Below, one piece after another: positions 29,777-38,786 of a stretch of 64,000 nucleotides of DNA. Below the pieces are notes generated by a model. The model was not told the origin of the DNA, ran no database searches, and saw only the letters and a list, made by a program, of their open reading frames with translations. Made by a program: the position numbers and the translations under genes. Position 1 is the first letter of the stretch. Each line of letters begins with the position of its first letter. The stretch lies in the NCBI GenBank assembly GCA_965261025.1, contig OZ253438.1, positions 207,490-271,489 of the forward strand. The letters are read 5' to 3'. The DNA comes from Chlamydiales bacterium. GTDB taxonomy: Bacteria; Chlamydiota; Chlamydiia; Chlamydiales; SM23-39.

Positions 29777-30766
29777 ATGAAAAGATCGATACAAAAAATT
29801 GCCGTTACTGGAGCCTGTGGTAATATCGGCTATAATCTTATTTTCCAAATCGCAGCAGGGGCTTTTTTGGGAAGACAATCTCCTATTTCTCTACATCTTT
29901 TAGAACAAGAACCTATGATGCCTTCTTTAAAAGCGCTACAGATGGAACTAGAAGATTGTTGTTTTCCTTTGTTGGAGGAGATAAAAATAGGAAGCGATCC
30001 CTTTGCCGTTTTCGAATCAGTTGATTACGCTTTTTTAGCCGGAGCAAGACCCCGAGGCCCGGGCATGGAGAGAAAAGATCTTATTACTTCTAATGCCAAG
30101 ATTTTTAAAGAGCAAGGGCAAGCCTTAAATAGGGTAGCCAGCAGAAAGGTAAAGGTTCTTGTAATAGGAAATCCTTGCAATACAAACTGTCTTATAGCTA
30201 TTCACAGCGCTCCTGATCTTCCCCCCTCTTCTTTTTATGCCATGACAAGATTGGATCAAAATAGAGCACAGGCCATTTTGGCTAGAAAAATGGGGATAAT
30301 GCATACGGAAATCGCGAATGTAATTATCTGGGGAAACCATTCCATCACACAAGTTCCTGATGTCTATCAAGCAACTATTTTCGATAAAAAGCTAGAAGTA
30401 CAAGACGAACTGTGGCTGGAAAAAGAGTTTCCCTATTTAGTTCAGCGAAGAGGGGCTGAGATCATTAAAGCAAGGGGTAAGTCATCGGCTGCCTCAGCAG
30501 CTTACGCCTCGATTCAAGCTATGCAAGATTTGACCTTTCCCACAAAGGAAGGAGCTTTTTTTTCTGCAGGGGTTTACACCGAAGGCCTTCCTTATCCTTT
30601 GGATAAAGATTTAGTTTTTTCTGTTCCTTGTATTACCACCAGGGAAGGGAAGGTAAGCGTTTTGTCACAGATTTTTTGGCAGGAGATTTTGCAGGAGAAA
30701 ATTAAAGCTACAGAGAAAGAGCTTCTAGAAGAAAGAGAAATGGCTTTTTCTCTTTTGAAAAAATAG
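29777..30766 (+). CDS. mdh: Malate dehydrogenase (LDH-like MDH family)
   Basis: 329 aa with VTGACGNIGYNLIFQIAAG, GARPRGPGMERKDL, IGNPCNTN and WGNHS. Confidence 0.9.
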   Translation: MKRSIQKIAVTGACGNIGYNLIFQIAAGAFLGRQSPISLHLLEQEPMMPSLKALQMELEDCCFPLLEEIKIGSDPFAVFESVDYAFLAGARPRGPGMERKDLITSNAKIFKEQGQALNRVASRKVKVLVIGNPCNTNCLIAIHSAPDLPPSSFYAMTRLDQNRAQAILARKMGIMHTEIANVIIWGNHSITQVPDVYQATIFDKKLEVQDELWLEKEFPYLVQRRGAEIIKARGKSSAASAAYASIQAMQDLTFPTKEGAFFSAGVYTEGLPYPLDKDLVFSVPCITTREGKVSVLSQIFWQEILQEKIKATEKELLEEREMAFSLLKK

Positions 30767-30804
30767 GTTTTTTCCTCAAGAAAACGGTTGCGAGGAGCGC
30801 TCTT

Positions 30805-31575
30805 ATGGAAAAAATGTTCAATCGGTCTTTTATTCTTCTTTTTTCGAAGAAAAAGATTTTAGTTACTTCCTCCACTCTTTTTCTCTGTTCTTTACTTTTT
30901 CTCTTTTTGCAAACTTTTTCTTTTTGGGGATTCTTTTTTGCCTATTTCATTTCTCTTTTTTTTCTCATCCCGTTGGGGATCCTTCTTTGTCAAGGTTATA
31001 CAAAAGAGCTTCAAGGAAAGGTTTTTTCTTGGAGGAAACAGCTTCTTCTTTTAGGAGAAAGATTACTAAGTAAAAGTTTATGGGCCTTTTTTTTTGTGCT
31101 CACCTCTGTTGCTTTATCAGTAGGTTTTGTGTTTTTTCAATTTTTTCAAAGTATCCCTTTTTTGCAGGAGATAGTTTCTAGCCTTTTATTTTTGATTCCT
31201 TTTGCTTTGGTCTGTGCTTGTTTTTTTCTTTTCTTTCTGAGTCTTTTTCTTCTTTTTTGGGCAGTGCCTCTCTGGGCTTTTCATAAAGAAGGGACAAAAA
31301 GATCTCTTTCCAAATGGCTTCTACTTTTTAAGAAAAGTCCTTTTCTTTACTTAGCTTTTCCTGTGGCAGGGATGATCCCTTTTTCTTTTCTGTTTATTTT
31401 ATTTCGTAAGATCCTGTTTTTTACTCAAGGATTCCTTAGAATGGATTTAACTTTTTTAGGAGGTCTTGTGCAGGGGATTTTACTGTGTGCTATTTCTTCT
31501 TTTTTCCTCTCTTTTGGAATAATCTTTTTTTTTCATCTGGCTGTAGAAGCCTTTTATTTTCAAAAAAAATCTTAA
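30805..31575 (+). CDS. Hypothetical polytopic membrane protein (extremely Phe/Leu-rich)
   Basis: 256-aa ORF with several hydrophobic segments. No recognisable motif. Confidence 0.5.
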   Translation: MEKMFNRSFILLFSKKKILVTSSTLFLCSLLFLFLQTFSFWGFFFAYFISLFFLIPLGILLCQGYTKELQGKVFSWRKQLLLLGERLLSKSLWAFFFVLTSVALSVGFVFFQFFQSIPFLQEIVSSLLFLIPFALVCACFFLFFLSLFLLFWAVPLWAFHKEGTKRSLSKWLLLFKKSPFLYLAFPVAGMIPFSFLFILFRKILFFTQGFLRMDLTFLGGLVQGILLCAISSFFLSFGIIFFFHLAVEAFYFQKKS

Positions 31576-31690
31576 TAGATCTTAATTCTGTCGGAGCTTT
31601 TCGATATAAGGGAAATCTCTCTTTTTAGGTTTGACTCTGATTTTTTTTCCTTTTTTTGTTAAGATGGAGGGGGAGGATTTTTTTAAAGAG

Positions 31691-32671
31691 ATGAAAAGGG
31701 TTGCCATAGTAGGGGCTGGTTATGCAGGACTTGCCGTTTCTTATTACTTAACAGAGCTAAAAAAAGAGCTTTCTCTTACCCTATTTGATTCAGCTTCCTT
31801 AGGGGAAAATACTTCAGGTATGGCGGTAGGCTTAATGCATCCTTATATGGGGATTTTTGCCAAAAAAAGTTGGAAGGCAGAAGAAGCTATGCAAGAGAGT
31901 CTAAAACTGTTTCAAATAGTAGAAAAAGAACTTGCCTTTTCTGTATTTTCCCAGAAAGGAATTTTTAGACCTCTCCTAGAGTTGAGGCAGAAAGAGCCTT
32001 TTGAAACTCTTTGTCAGAAAGAACCCTTGGTTCATTGGTGGAAGGAAGAGAGAGTAAGAAGCCGTTTTGGCTCTTTTCTTTTTCCAGGATGTGAAGGGAT
32101 TTTTTTGGAAAAAGGGGTGTTAGTAGAGAGCAAAAAATACTTACAAGGGCTTTGGCAAATCGTAGAAAAAAGAGGCGTTTGTAGAGTCTTACGAAATATT
32201 TCTTCTTTAAAAGAGCTGAAAGACTTTGATACGATCTTCATTTGTACAGGGGCCAGAACCCTAGAGCTGATTCCTTCTTTTTCTTCTTTTTTACAAAAAA
32301 GAAAAGGTCAAGTAATTGAGGGGGAGTGGGATTTTGATCCCTTGTTTTGTCCTGTACTGGGAAGAGGTCATATTACTTTTCAAAGAGGAAGTTGTTTTTT
32401 AGGTTCTACCTATGAATTAGAAACTTGCTGTGATGAGGGCTCGAGGAGAAAACGGGAAGAGCTTCTAGCTAGAATAGCTGCCTTTTTACCATTAGTGGGG
32501 AAAATGAGGATAAGAAATATTTTTTCAGGGACTCGATTATTTCAGTCTAAGAGCTATCTACCTTATGTAGGATCTCTTGATGAGAGAGTTAAAATCTTAA
32601 CAGCTTTTGGTTCCAGAGGTCTTTTATATCATGCTTTTTTTGCGAAAAAACTCGTACAATCTTTAGTATAA
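31691..32671 (+). CDS. FAD-dependent oxidoreductase (DAO-like); start 31691 or 31664
   Basis: Has a Rossmann dinucleotide motif MKRVAIVGAGYAGLAVSYYL. Length and C-terminal pattern fit the D-amino-acid/glycine oxidase-like family. Confidence 0.7.
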   Translation: MKRVAIVGAGYAGLAVSYYLTELKKELSLTLFDSASLGENTSGMAVGLMHPYMGIFAKKSWKAEEAMQESLKLFQIVEKELAFSVFSQKGIFRPLLELRQKEPFETLCQKEPLVHWWKEERVRSRFGSFLFPGCEGIFLEKGVLVESKKYLQGLWQIVEKRGVCRVLRNISSLKELKDFDTIFICTGARTLELIPSFSSFLQKRKGQVIEGEWDFDPLFCPVLGRGHITFQRGSCFLGSTYELETCCDEGSRRKREELLARIAAFLPLVGKMRIRNIFSGTRLFQSKSYLPYVGSLDERVKILTAFGSRGLLYHAFFAKKLVQSLV

Positions 32672-32677
32672 GCCTCT

Positions 32678-33454
32678 ATGGGAAAAAATCGTTTATTATT
32701 CTTAGGAACCGGTGCTTCTATGGGGGTTCCTGTGATGGGATGTAAGTGCTCTGTTTGTCTCAGCAAAGACCCTTATAATAAAAGATTTCGTCCTTCTGTT
32801 TTTATCCAAATCCAGGGGAAGAATTTTTTGATTGATGCAGGTCCAGATATACGGGATCAGGCTTTGCTATATGGGATTGATTCTTTAGATGGTCTCATTC
32901 TTACCCATATTCACTATGATCATGTAGGAGGACTAGATGAGCTTAGAGCGTTTAATTTTGTACATAAAAAAGGGATTCCCTGTCTTGTTTCCCAAGAAAC
33001 TAAAAAGGATTTAGAAAAAACAAAGAATCATATGTTTTCCTTTAAGCATGCTACCGGAAAACCTACGGAGCTTTCTTTTCAAGAATTAGAACAGCCGTCC
33101 GGAAAAACTTCTTTTTTAGGAGTAGAAATTGCTTATATTAGTTTTTTTCAAAGAGAGGTGAAAGTAAATGGTTTTCGGATAAAGAATATGGCCTATATTT
33201 CTGATATTAAGTCGTATGATCCTTCTCTTTTTCCTTTTTTACAAGGAGTGGATATTTTAGTTCTAAGTGTCTTAAAAGAAACCTTTTCCCCCTCTCATTT
33301 TTCTCTTGAGGAAGGGGTTTTATTTGCACAAAAAGTAGGAGCCAAAAATACGTATTTTACCCATATTTCCCACGAACTAGACCATCAAAGGACAAGTCAA
33401 AAGTTACCTAAAGGAGTAGAGCTTGCCTACGATGGATTGGAGCTTTTTTTTTGA
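32678..33454 (+). CDS. MBL-fold metallo-hydrolase (PhnP/GPMA-like)
   Basis: 258 aa with LGTGASMGVP, the HxHxDH motif (THIHYDHVGG) and a distal FTHISH. Confidence 0.8.
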   Translation: MGKNRLLFLGTGASMGVPVMGCKCSVCLSKDPYNKRFRPSVFIQIQGKNFLIDAGPDIRDQALLYGIDSLDGLILTHIHYDHVGGLDELRAFNFVHKKGIPCLVSQETKKDLEKTKNHMFSFKHATGKPTELSFQELEQPSGKTSFLGVEIAYISFFQREVKVNGFRIKNMAYISDIKSYDPSLFPFLQGVDILVLSVLKETFSPSHFSLEEGVLFAQKVGAKNTYFTHISHELDHQRTSQKLPKGVELAYDGLELFF

Positions 33455-34782
33455 CAAAGCAAGAAGGTTTTAGTGCAAAAATAGGAAGGCTCCAACAGTT
33501 TGGTAATCAGGAAAGAGCTTTACTAGTTGGTATTTTTCGGGCTTTTCAAAAAAAAGAAGAAGGCTGGGAGTTTTTGCAAGAATTAAAAAGGCTTTCTATC
33601 ACTTATGGGATAGATCCTGTAAAAATGCAGCTTTGTCCTTTGAAAAAGGTGAATGCGGCTACTTTTTTAGGGAAAGGAAAGGTTTTAGAGCTGGCTTTAG
33701 CAATAGAGCAAGATAACATTGACCTGGTAATTCTCGATGAGGAAATTTCCCCCCAGCAACAAAGGAATTTAGAAAAAGTCTTTAAAAAACCTGTTGTGGA
33801 TCGATCTGAGTTGATATTAGGGGTTTTTGCTAAAAGGGCCCAAACAAAGGAAGCTAGAGTACAAGTAGAGCTGGCTCGATATGAGTATCAACTTCCGAGA
33901 TTAGCCAAGATGTGGGGACATTTGGGAAGGCAAAGAACAGGAGGAAGCTCTTCAGGAAAAGGGGGAGGGTATTTAAGAGGGGAAGGGGAAAAGCAAATTG
34001 AGATAGATCGTAAAATCTTAAAGACAGAGATTGCACATTTAAAAAAACAGCTACAAGAGATTACAAAACATAGGATAAGACAAAGAGAAGCTAGAAAAAG
34101 ACAAGCCATTCCTACGTTTGCCTTAATAGGCTATACCAATGCAGGAAAGTCCACTTTGCTAAATGCCCTTACGGAAGCAGGTGTATTTGTACAGGATACG
34201 CTATTTGCTACTTTGGATACGAAAACTTGTCAGTATCAGCTCCCTTCCCAGAATAAAATTCTTTTAATCGATACAGTAGGATTTATCCGAAAATTACCTC
34301 ACCATCTAGTGGCTTCTTTCAAGAGTACCTTAGAAGAGCTTACCTATGCAGATGCTTTTTTACACGTGATAGATGCCTCCGACTCTGCTAGTCAAGAACA
34401 GGCAAAAGTGGCTTTACACCTGTTAAAGGAATTTCGAGTAGAAGATAAGCCTGTAATTACAGTTTTCAACAAAATGGATAGTCCCCTTCAAAAATCTGGC
34501 CTTTTTCCCCTTTTCTATTCTTCAAAAAATAGTGTGAAAGTTTCTGCTAAGAAAAAGGAGGGATTTGACAACTTGATTCAGAAAATGGAAAGGATTATCT
34601 CTTCTTTTCGCAAGAAGGTGAAGCTGCGTCTTCCTCAAAAAGAATACTCCTTTTTATGCAGGTTAAAAGAGCAGGGAAAGGTCGAAAAGGTAGAATATGA
34701 GGGAAACGACATCATTTTTACCATTGAGCTTCCCAAGTCCTGGTTAGGTAAAGTAAAGCCTTATCTAGAAAAAGGGTATTAG
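33451..34782 (+). CDS. hflX: GTPase HflX
   Basis: 443 aa with an HflX N-terminal domain. G1 is GYTNAGKSTLLNALT, G3 is DTVGFI and G4 is NKMD. The TTG start overlaps the upstream stop. Confidence 0.9.
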   Translation: MTKQEGFSAKIGRLQQFGNQERALLVGIFRAFQKKEEGWEFLQELKRLSITYGIDPVKMQLCPLKKVNAATFLGKGKVLELALAIEQDNIDLVILDEEISPQQQRNLEKVFKKPVVDRSELILGVFAKRAQTKEARVQVELARYEYQLPRLAKMWGHLGRQRTGGSSSGKGGGYLRGEGEKQIEIDRKILKTEIAHLKKQLQEITKHRIRQREARKRQAIPTFALIGYTNAGKSTLLNALTEAGVFVQDTLFATLDTKTCQYQLPSQNKILLIDTVGFIRKLPHHLVASFKSTLEELTYADAFLHVIDASDSASQEQAKVALHLLKEFRVEDKPVITVFNKMDSPLQKSGLFPLFYSSKNSVKVSAKKKEGFDNLIQKMERIISSFRKKVKLRLPQKEYSFLCRLKEQGKVEKVEYEGNDIIFTIELPKSWLGKVKPYLEKGY

Positions 34783-35372
34783 AAAAAATATTTTTTTACC
34801 AAATCTATAACCCCTTTTGCAAACATTTGCACTCCTATAAGACTAACGATCATACCTCCTAATCTCTCTACAGCTTTAAGTCCTTTTTCTCCTACGAATT
34901 TTTTTAGATAGGAAGAAATCAGCAAAATTAGCAAAGAAAGCGTCCAAGCTAAAAAAGTAGCTGCTGCTACAGTAAAAGGATTTCCTACTTTTTCCGCATA
35001 AACCATAACCATAGCAATAGAGCCGGGTCCTGCCATAACAGGAATGGCTATAGGTACCACCAAAGGTTCATGTTTAGGCAGTCCAGAGGTATCTGGATCT
35101 TTGGGAAAAATCATAGTTAAAGAGATGATGAAAAGAAGGATTCCTCCTGAAATACCGATAGCAGAATTATCTATTCCTAAAACCCCTAAAATCCAGTTAC
35201 CAAAGAAAATGAAGAGAAGTAAGATCGCTAAGGCAATAGAAAGCTCTCGGAAAATGATCTTTCGCTGTCTTTTAAGATCATACGGAGACAAAATAGCAAG
35301 GAATAAGGGAATCTGTCCCAGGGCATTTAATATGAAAAAAATGGAGAAGGCAACATTGACAAAGCTCAGCAT
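34779..35372 (-). CDS. MarC-family (UPF0056) integral membrane protein
   Basis: From the ATG at 35372 the protein starts MLSFVNVAFSIFFILNALGQIPLFLAIL and has 6 TM helices. The longer upstream extension in the ORF track is non-homologous-looking. Confidence 0.8.
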   Translation of the reverse strand: MLSFVNVAFSIFFILNALGQIPLFLAILSPYDLKRQRKIIFRELSIALAILLLFIFFGNWILGVLGIDNSAIGISGGILLFIISLTMIFPKDPDTSGLPKHEPLVVPIAIPVMAGPGSIAMVMVYAEKVGNPFTVAAATFLAWTLSLLILLISSYLKKFVGEKGLKAVERLGGMIVSLIGVQMFAKGVIDLVKKYFF

Positions 35373-35595
35373 AAAAATTCCTATTTTTGGTGAGCTCCTA
35401 TGATAGAGAGTAGGAGTTTTAATTTCTACTAAAAGGGATAAAAATACAGAGGCTTTTTTTCTTTTAACCCTTTTATTTTCAAAGGGAAAACAGAAACTTT
35501 TAGGGAAGGTAAAATTTTTTCGTGACAAACCTCTTTATTTGAAGTACCATAGGTTTAAAGGTGACTTGCCTTAGAATAGATACTTGGGGGTTTTC

Positions 35596-35862
35596 ATGAA
35601 ATGTATCAGGTTTTTGGCTCTACTTCTAGTTATTATAGGCGCTCTTAACTGGGGACTTTGGGGTTTTTTTCAGTATGATGTAGTTGCGGCCTTATTTGGA
35701 GGTCCTTCTTCTGGAATTTCTAGATTAATTTATTCTTTAGTAGGAATTGCAGGGCTGTATGGAATTAGTTTTTTCTTTCATCATTGCTCTAGTTCTTCTT
35801 CTGGTTGCTGCTCTTCTGGAGAAAATAATCAGAATAATCAGAACAATCAAAATAAGCAGTAA
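35596..35862 (+). CDS. DUF378-family small membrane protein with Cys/Ser- and NNQ-repeat tail
   Basis: The ALLLVIIGALNWGLWGFFQYDVVAALFGG...SRLIYSLVGIAGLYG pattern fits DUF378. The C-terminus is CSSSSSGCCSSGENNQNNQNNQNKQ. Confidence 0.75.
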   Translation: MKCIRFLALLLVIIGALNWGLWGFFQYDVVAALFGGPSSGISRLIYSLVGIAGLYGISFFFHHCSSSSSGCCSSGENNQNNQNNQNKQ

Positions 35863-35874
35863 TTAGGGTCTTCA

Positions 35875-35902
35875 AGGAGGGGAGTGTTTCTCCTCCTTTT
35901 TT
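35875..35902 (+). terminator. Intrinsic-terminator-like hairpin with T6 tract
   Basis: Stem 35876-35883 (GGAGGGGA) pairs with 35889-35896 (TCTCCTCC; 8 bp including one G:U). The loop is 5 nt and TTTTTT follows at 35897-35902. It lies 13 nt after the DUF378 stop and abuts the next ATG. Confidence 0.45.
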
Positions 35903-36733
35903 ATGCAAATTCTTTGTTCTTCTGGATTTATAGGTTCTTATCTCTCTTCTTCTTTTTCCAAGCAGGGGCACAGCATAGTCCTTCTTCGTAGGAGTGATTT
36001 TTTGCTGGATCCAAGGCTTTTAGCGAAGAAAATAGAAAACTGTGAAGTCATTATCAATTTAGTGGGGGAAAGTCTTTTTTCCTTTTGGGGAGTTCACAAA
36101 AAAAAGAGAATTTTAGAAAGTCGTCTTTTTTCTACGGAGAAACTAGTAAAAGCCTTCGGATTTTTAGAAAAGAAACCTTCTGTATTTCTCTCAGCATCTG
36201 CAGTAGGGTATTACGGGAATAGAGAAGAGGTTCTGACAGAGCAGAGTAAAGAGGGGGCTACCTTTTTAGCCTTCGTATGCAAGGAGTGGGAAGCAAAAGC
36301 AAAAGAGGCTGAAAAGTTGGGGATAAGAACCGTTTTCTTACGTTTTGGAGTAGTTTTGGGAAGAGGAGGCTTTTTGCAAAAGAGTGCTTTTTTTGCAAAA
36401 CTAGGCCTTTACCCCATCTTAGGAGAAGGAGATCAGTATATGAGTTGGATAGATATAGAAGATCTTTTTCGAGCCCTTGGTTTTATAATAAAAACCCCTT
36501 CTTTACGTGGAGCTGTGAATCTTTGTTCTCCTTTTTTTCTCTCCCAAGGGGAGTGTGCTGATATTTTAAATGGGAAAAAAACTTCGTGTAGGATACCTTC
36601 TTTTTTATTTAGAGGTTTTTTAAGAGAATTTTTATTCTCCAGTCAAAAAGTGTTTCCTGAAAAGCTTTTACGGGAGGAGTTTGTATTTAAGTTTCCTCAT
36701 TTTACAGAGTCTTTTACAAAATATAAGGTCTAA
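35903..36733 (+). CDS. TIGR01777/YfcH-like epimerase-family protein (atypical SDR) with degenerate nucleotide-binding motif
   Basis: 276 aa. The N-terminus is MQILCSSGFIGSYL (canonical ITGGTGFIG). The overall pattern and the C-terminal DUF1731-like segment fit the family. Confidence 0.65.
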   Translation: MQILCSSGFIGSYLSSSFSKQGHSIVLLRRSDFLLDPRLLAKKIENCEVIINLVGESLFSFWGVHKKKRILESRLFSTEKLVKAFGFLEKKPSVFLSASAVGYYGNREEVLTEQSKEGATFLAFVCKEWEAKAKEAEKLGIRTVFLRFGVVLGRGGFLQKSAFFAKLGLYPILGEGDQYMSWIDIEDLFRALGFIIKTPSLRGAVNLCSPFFLSQGECADILNGKKTSCRIPSFLFRGFLREFLFSSQKVFPEKLLREEFVFKFPHFTESFTKYKV

Positions 36734-36739
36734 GAATAT

Positions 36740-37339
36740 ATGCAAAAAAAGAAGATAAATCCCTGGTTTGCTATGTGGTTTTTTCCCAGGGAAGCTATAA
36801 GGGTTGTTTTAGATACCAGTCCGAAGAGAGGATTTTTTTTTCTTGCCTTCCTCACGGGACTGTGTCAGAGCGGAAGATATATTTATACTCTTTTTTCCAC
36901 GAAGGAAATCCCTTTCATCTATCTGGTTCTTTCCTTAGTGGCTGCTTTTGTTTTTGGGATATTGTTTCTTTTAATGGAGGCAACATGTATCTATTTTACG
37001 GGAAAAATAATAAAGGGAAAAGCTAGGTGGATTGAACTTTTAGCGGCGGTGAGCTGGGCTAAGCTTCCTTTGTTTTTGCTCGTGGTGCTTGGTCCTCTGT
37101 TTTTCCTTATACCCCAACCCCATCCTGTGGGAATTATCTACTCTATATTGACTACTTTTGCTGTTTTTTTTGTTTTAATTGACTCTATTTGCATTTGGCT
37201 TGCCAATGTTTCCGAAGTGCAGCGTTTTTCCAAGAAAAAAGCTTTTGTAAACTGGCTTTTTTCTCTAATTTTGTACTTGATTTTTTGGGTGGTGGTAGCA
37301 ATTTTTGCAGCAGTTTTAATAAACCCCTCTGTTAGGTAG
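36740..37339 (+). CDS. Hypothetical 5-TM membrane protein (Yip1-like topology)
   Basis: 199-aa ORF with several hydrophobic helices. The assignment is tentative. Confidence 0.5.
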   Translation: MQKKKINPWFAMWFFPREAIRVVLDTSPKRGFFFLAFLTGLCQSGRYIYTLFSTKEIPFIYLVLSLVAAFVFGILFLLMEATCIYFTGKIIKGKARWIELLAAVSWAKLPLFLLVVLGPLFFLIPQPHPVGIIYSILTTFAVFFVLIDSICIWLANVSEVQRFSKKKAFVNWLFSLILYLIFWVVVAIFAAVLINPSVR

Positions 37340-37358
37340 AGAAAACCACGTCTTTATG

Positions 37359-38261
37359 CTACCGTATCTCAGAGCCAATCTCTTGAAATGTTTTAAAGTG
37401 AGTTTTACAGACGCTTTTTAAGGTTTCTATTCCTTTAGTTAAGAAAATAGTTTTTCCCGCTTCAAAAACTTTAGAAGAGGCTCCTTTTGGTAGCAGAATT
37501 CCGCACTCTTCTGAGAGCTTTTCTAGTCCTTGCAGGAAGTACATTCTTGCCAAAATAGAAGCTGCGGCTACTACTACATCACTTTCAGCCCGCACTACTT
37601 GTTTAATTTCTAGGTTCAGTTTTTTTTTCTTCACCATGTTTTCTATGACGAAATCTTGAGCAAAGCGGTCTATAATGACGGAAGAGCAGCCTGATTTTTG
37701 AAAGAGCGCCTCAACGCAAGATACATGTCCCCAAGCCAAGAGATAGTTGAGATTTTTCATTTTTGCATAGAGTTCATTATATTTTGGGGGAAATAAAGAA
37801 ATAGAATGAAAAGAAATAAGGGCTTGGATTTTTTTTCCTAACAGTAAAATGGATTTATCTGAAAAAGTTTTACTGTCTCTTACTCCTAGTTCTACTAGTT
37901 TTTGTATATCAGAGGCGTTAGCAAAAACCCCTACCACACAAAGAGGACCAAAAAAATCTCCTTTACCTGCTTCATCCACGCCTATTCTCGGAGAAAGATC
38001 CAAATTTACCTGCGGATAACTATAGGAGAAGTTTTGTAAAATCTCCGGTTCTAAATAAAACTCAATAAAAGCATCCTTTTCTTTTCCTTGAACTGTTAGA
38101 GCTCCGGATTCATACAGGGTCAGAGAAATCCCTTTTTTTTGTGCTTGGAAAAGAGTGTGAGCCGGCTTTTTCAAAGAAAAATCCTGAGCAATAAGATCGT
38201 GTTTCAATTTTTCTGATAAAGCAAGATCAATCTTTGTAGAGAAACAGGCTGGTTTTTTCAT
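37359..38261 (-). CDS. rnhC: Ribonuclease HIII
   Basis: 300 aa. An N-terminal TBP-like domain (LTLYESGALTVQGK) is followed by an RNase HII/HIII catalytic core (GVDEAGKGDFFGPLCV). Confidence 0.9.
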   Translation of the reverse strand: MKKPACFSTKIDLALSEKLKHDLIAQDFSLKKPAHTLFQAQKKGISLTLYESGALTVQGKEKDAFIEFYLEPEILQNFSYSYPQVNLDLSPRIGVDEAGKGDFFGPLCVVGVFANASDIQKLVELGVRDSKTFSDKSILLLGKKIQALISFHSISLFPPKYNELYAKMKNLNYLLAWGHVSCVEALFQKSGCSSVIIDRFAQDFVIENMVKKKKLNLEIKQVVRAESDVVVAAASILARMYFLQGLEKLSEECGILLPKGASSKVFEAGKTIFLTKGIETLKSVCKTHFKTFQEIGSEIR

Positions 38262-38369
38262 AACTATTTTTGGATGATCTATTGGACTTAGATTATAGCG
38301 TAGAAAAAGGTTTGAAGAAATGGATTTTGCGTCAAATCGAAGAAAAATGGTAAAATAGGGTTAAAGGGT

Positions 38370-38786
38370 ATGTTTATGTCAGAAGGATTAAAAGAAATTG
38401 GAAGAAAATTTCGCTCTAAAAGAGAAGAGATGCACCTTTCTTTGAAAGAGGTAGAAAATGCTACCTCTATTCGACAAACTTATTTAGAATCTATTGAAGA
38501 AGGTAACTCAGCGCACTTTCTTTCTCCTGTATACACTATAGGCTTTATAAAGCAGTACGCAGCTTTTTTAGGTTTTGATGGGGAAAGGATTGTGAAAGAA
38601 TATCCCCAGGCTTTTAAAATCCTCAATCAAGACAAGCAAAGTTTTGATTATGGTATTGGCACTTTAGAAGTAAGAGGTTCCCATCAAAGAGGAATGAAAA
38701 AAGCTCAGAATCTTTTTTGGGTAGGAATCGCTCTTTTAGTTCTTTTAGGAGCTTGGTACTTTGGTAGGTGGATTGGAGTTTTTTAG
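38370..38786 (+). CDS. rodZ: RodZ-like HTH (XRE-type) membrane-anchored protein
   Basis: 138 aa. The N-terminal HTH is IGRKFRSKREEMHLSLKEVENATSIRQTYLESIEEGN. A single C-terminal TM helix follows (LFWVGIALLVLLGAWYF). Confidence 0.65.
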   Translation: MFMSEGLKEIGRKFRSKREEMHLSLKEVENATSIRQTYLESIEEGNSAHFLSPVYTIGFIKQYAAFLGFDGERIVKEYPQAFKILNQDKQSFDYGIGTLEVRGSHQRGMKKAQNLFWVGIALLVLLGAWYFGRWIGVF

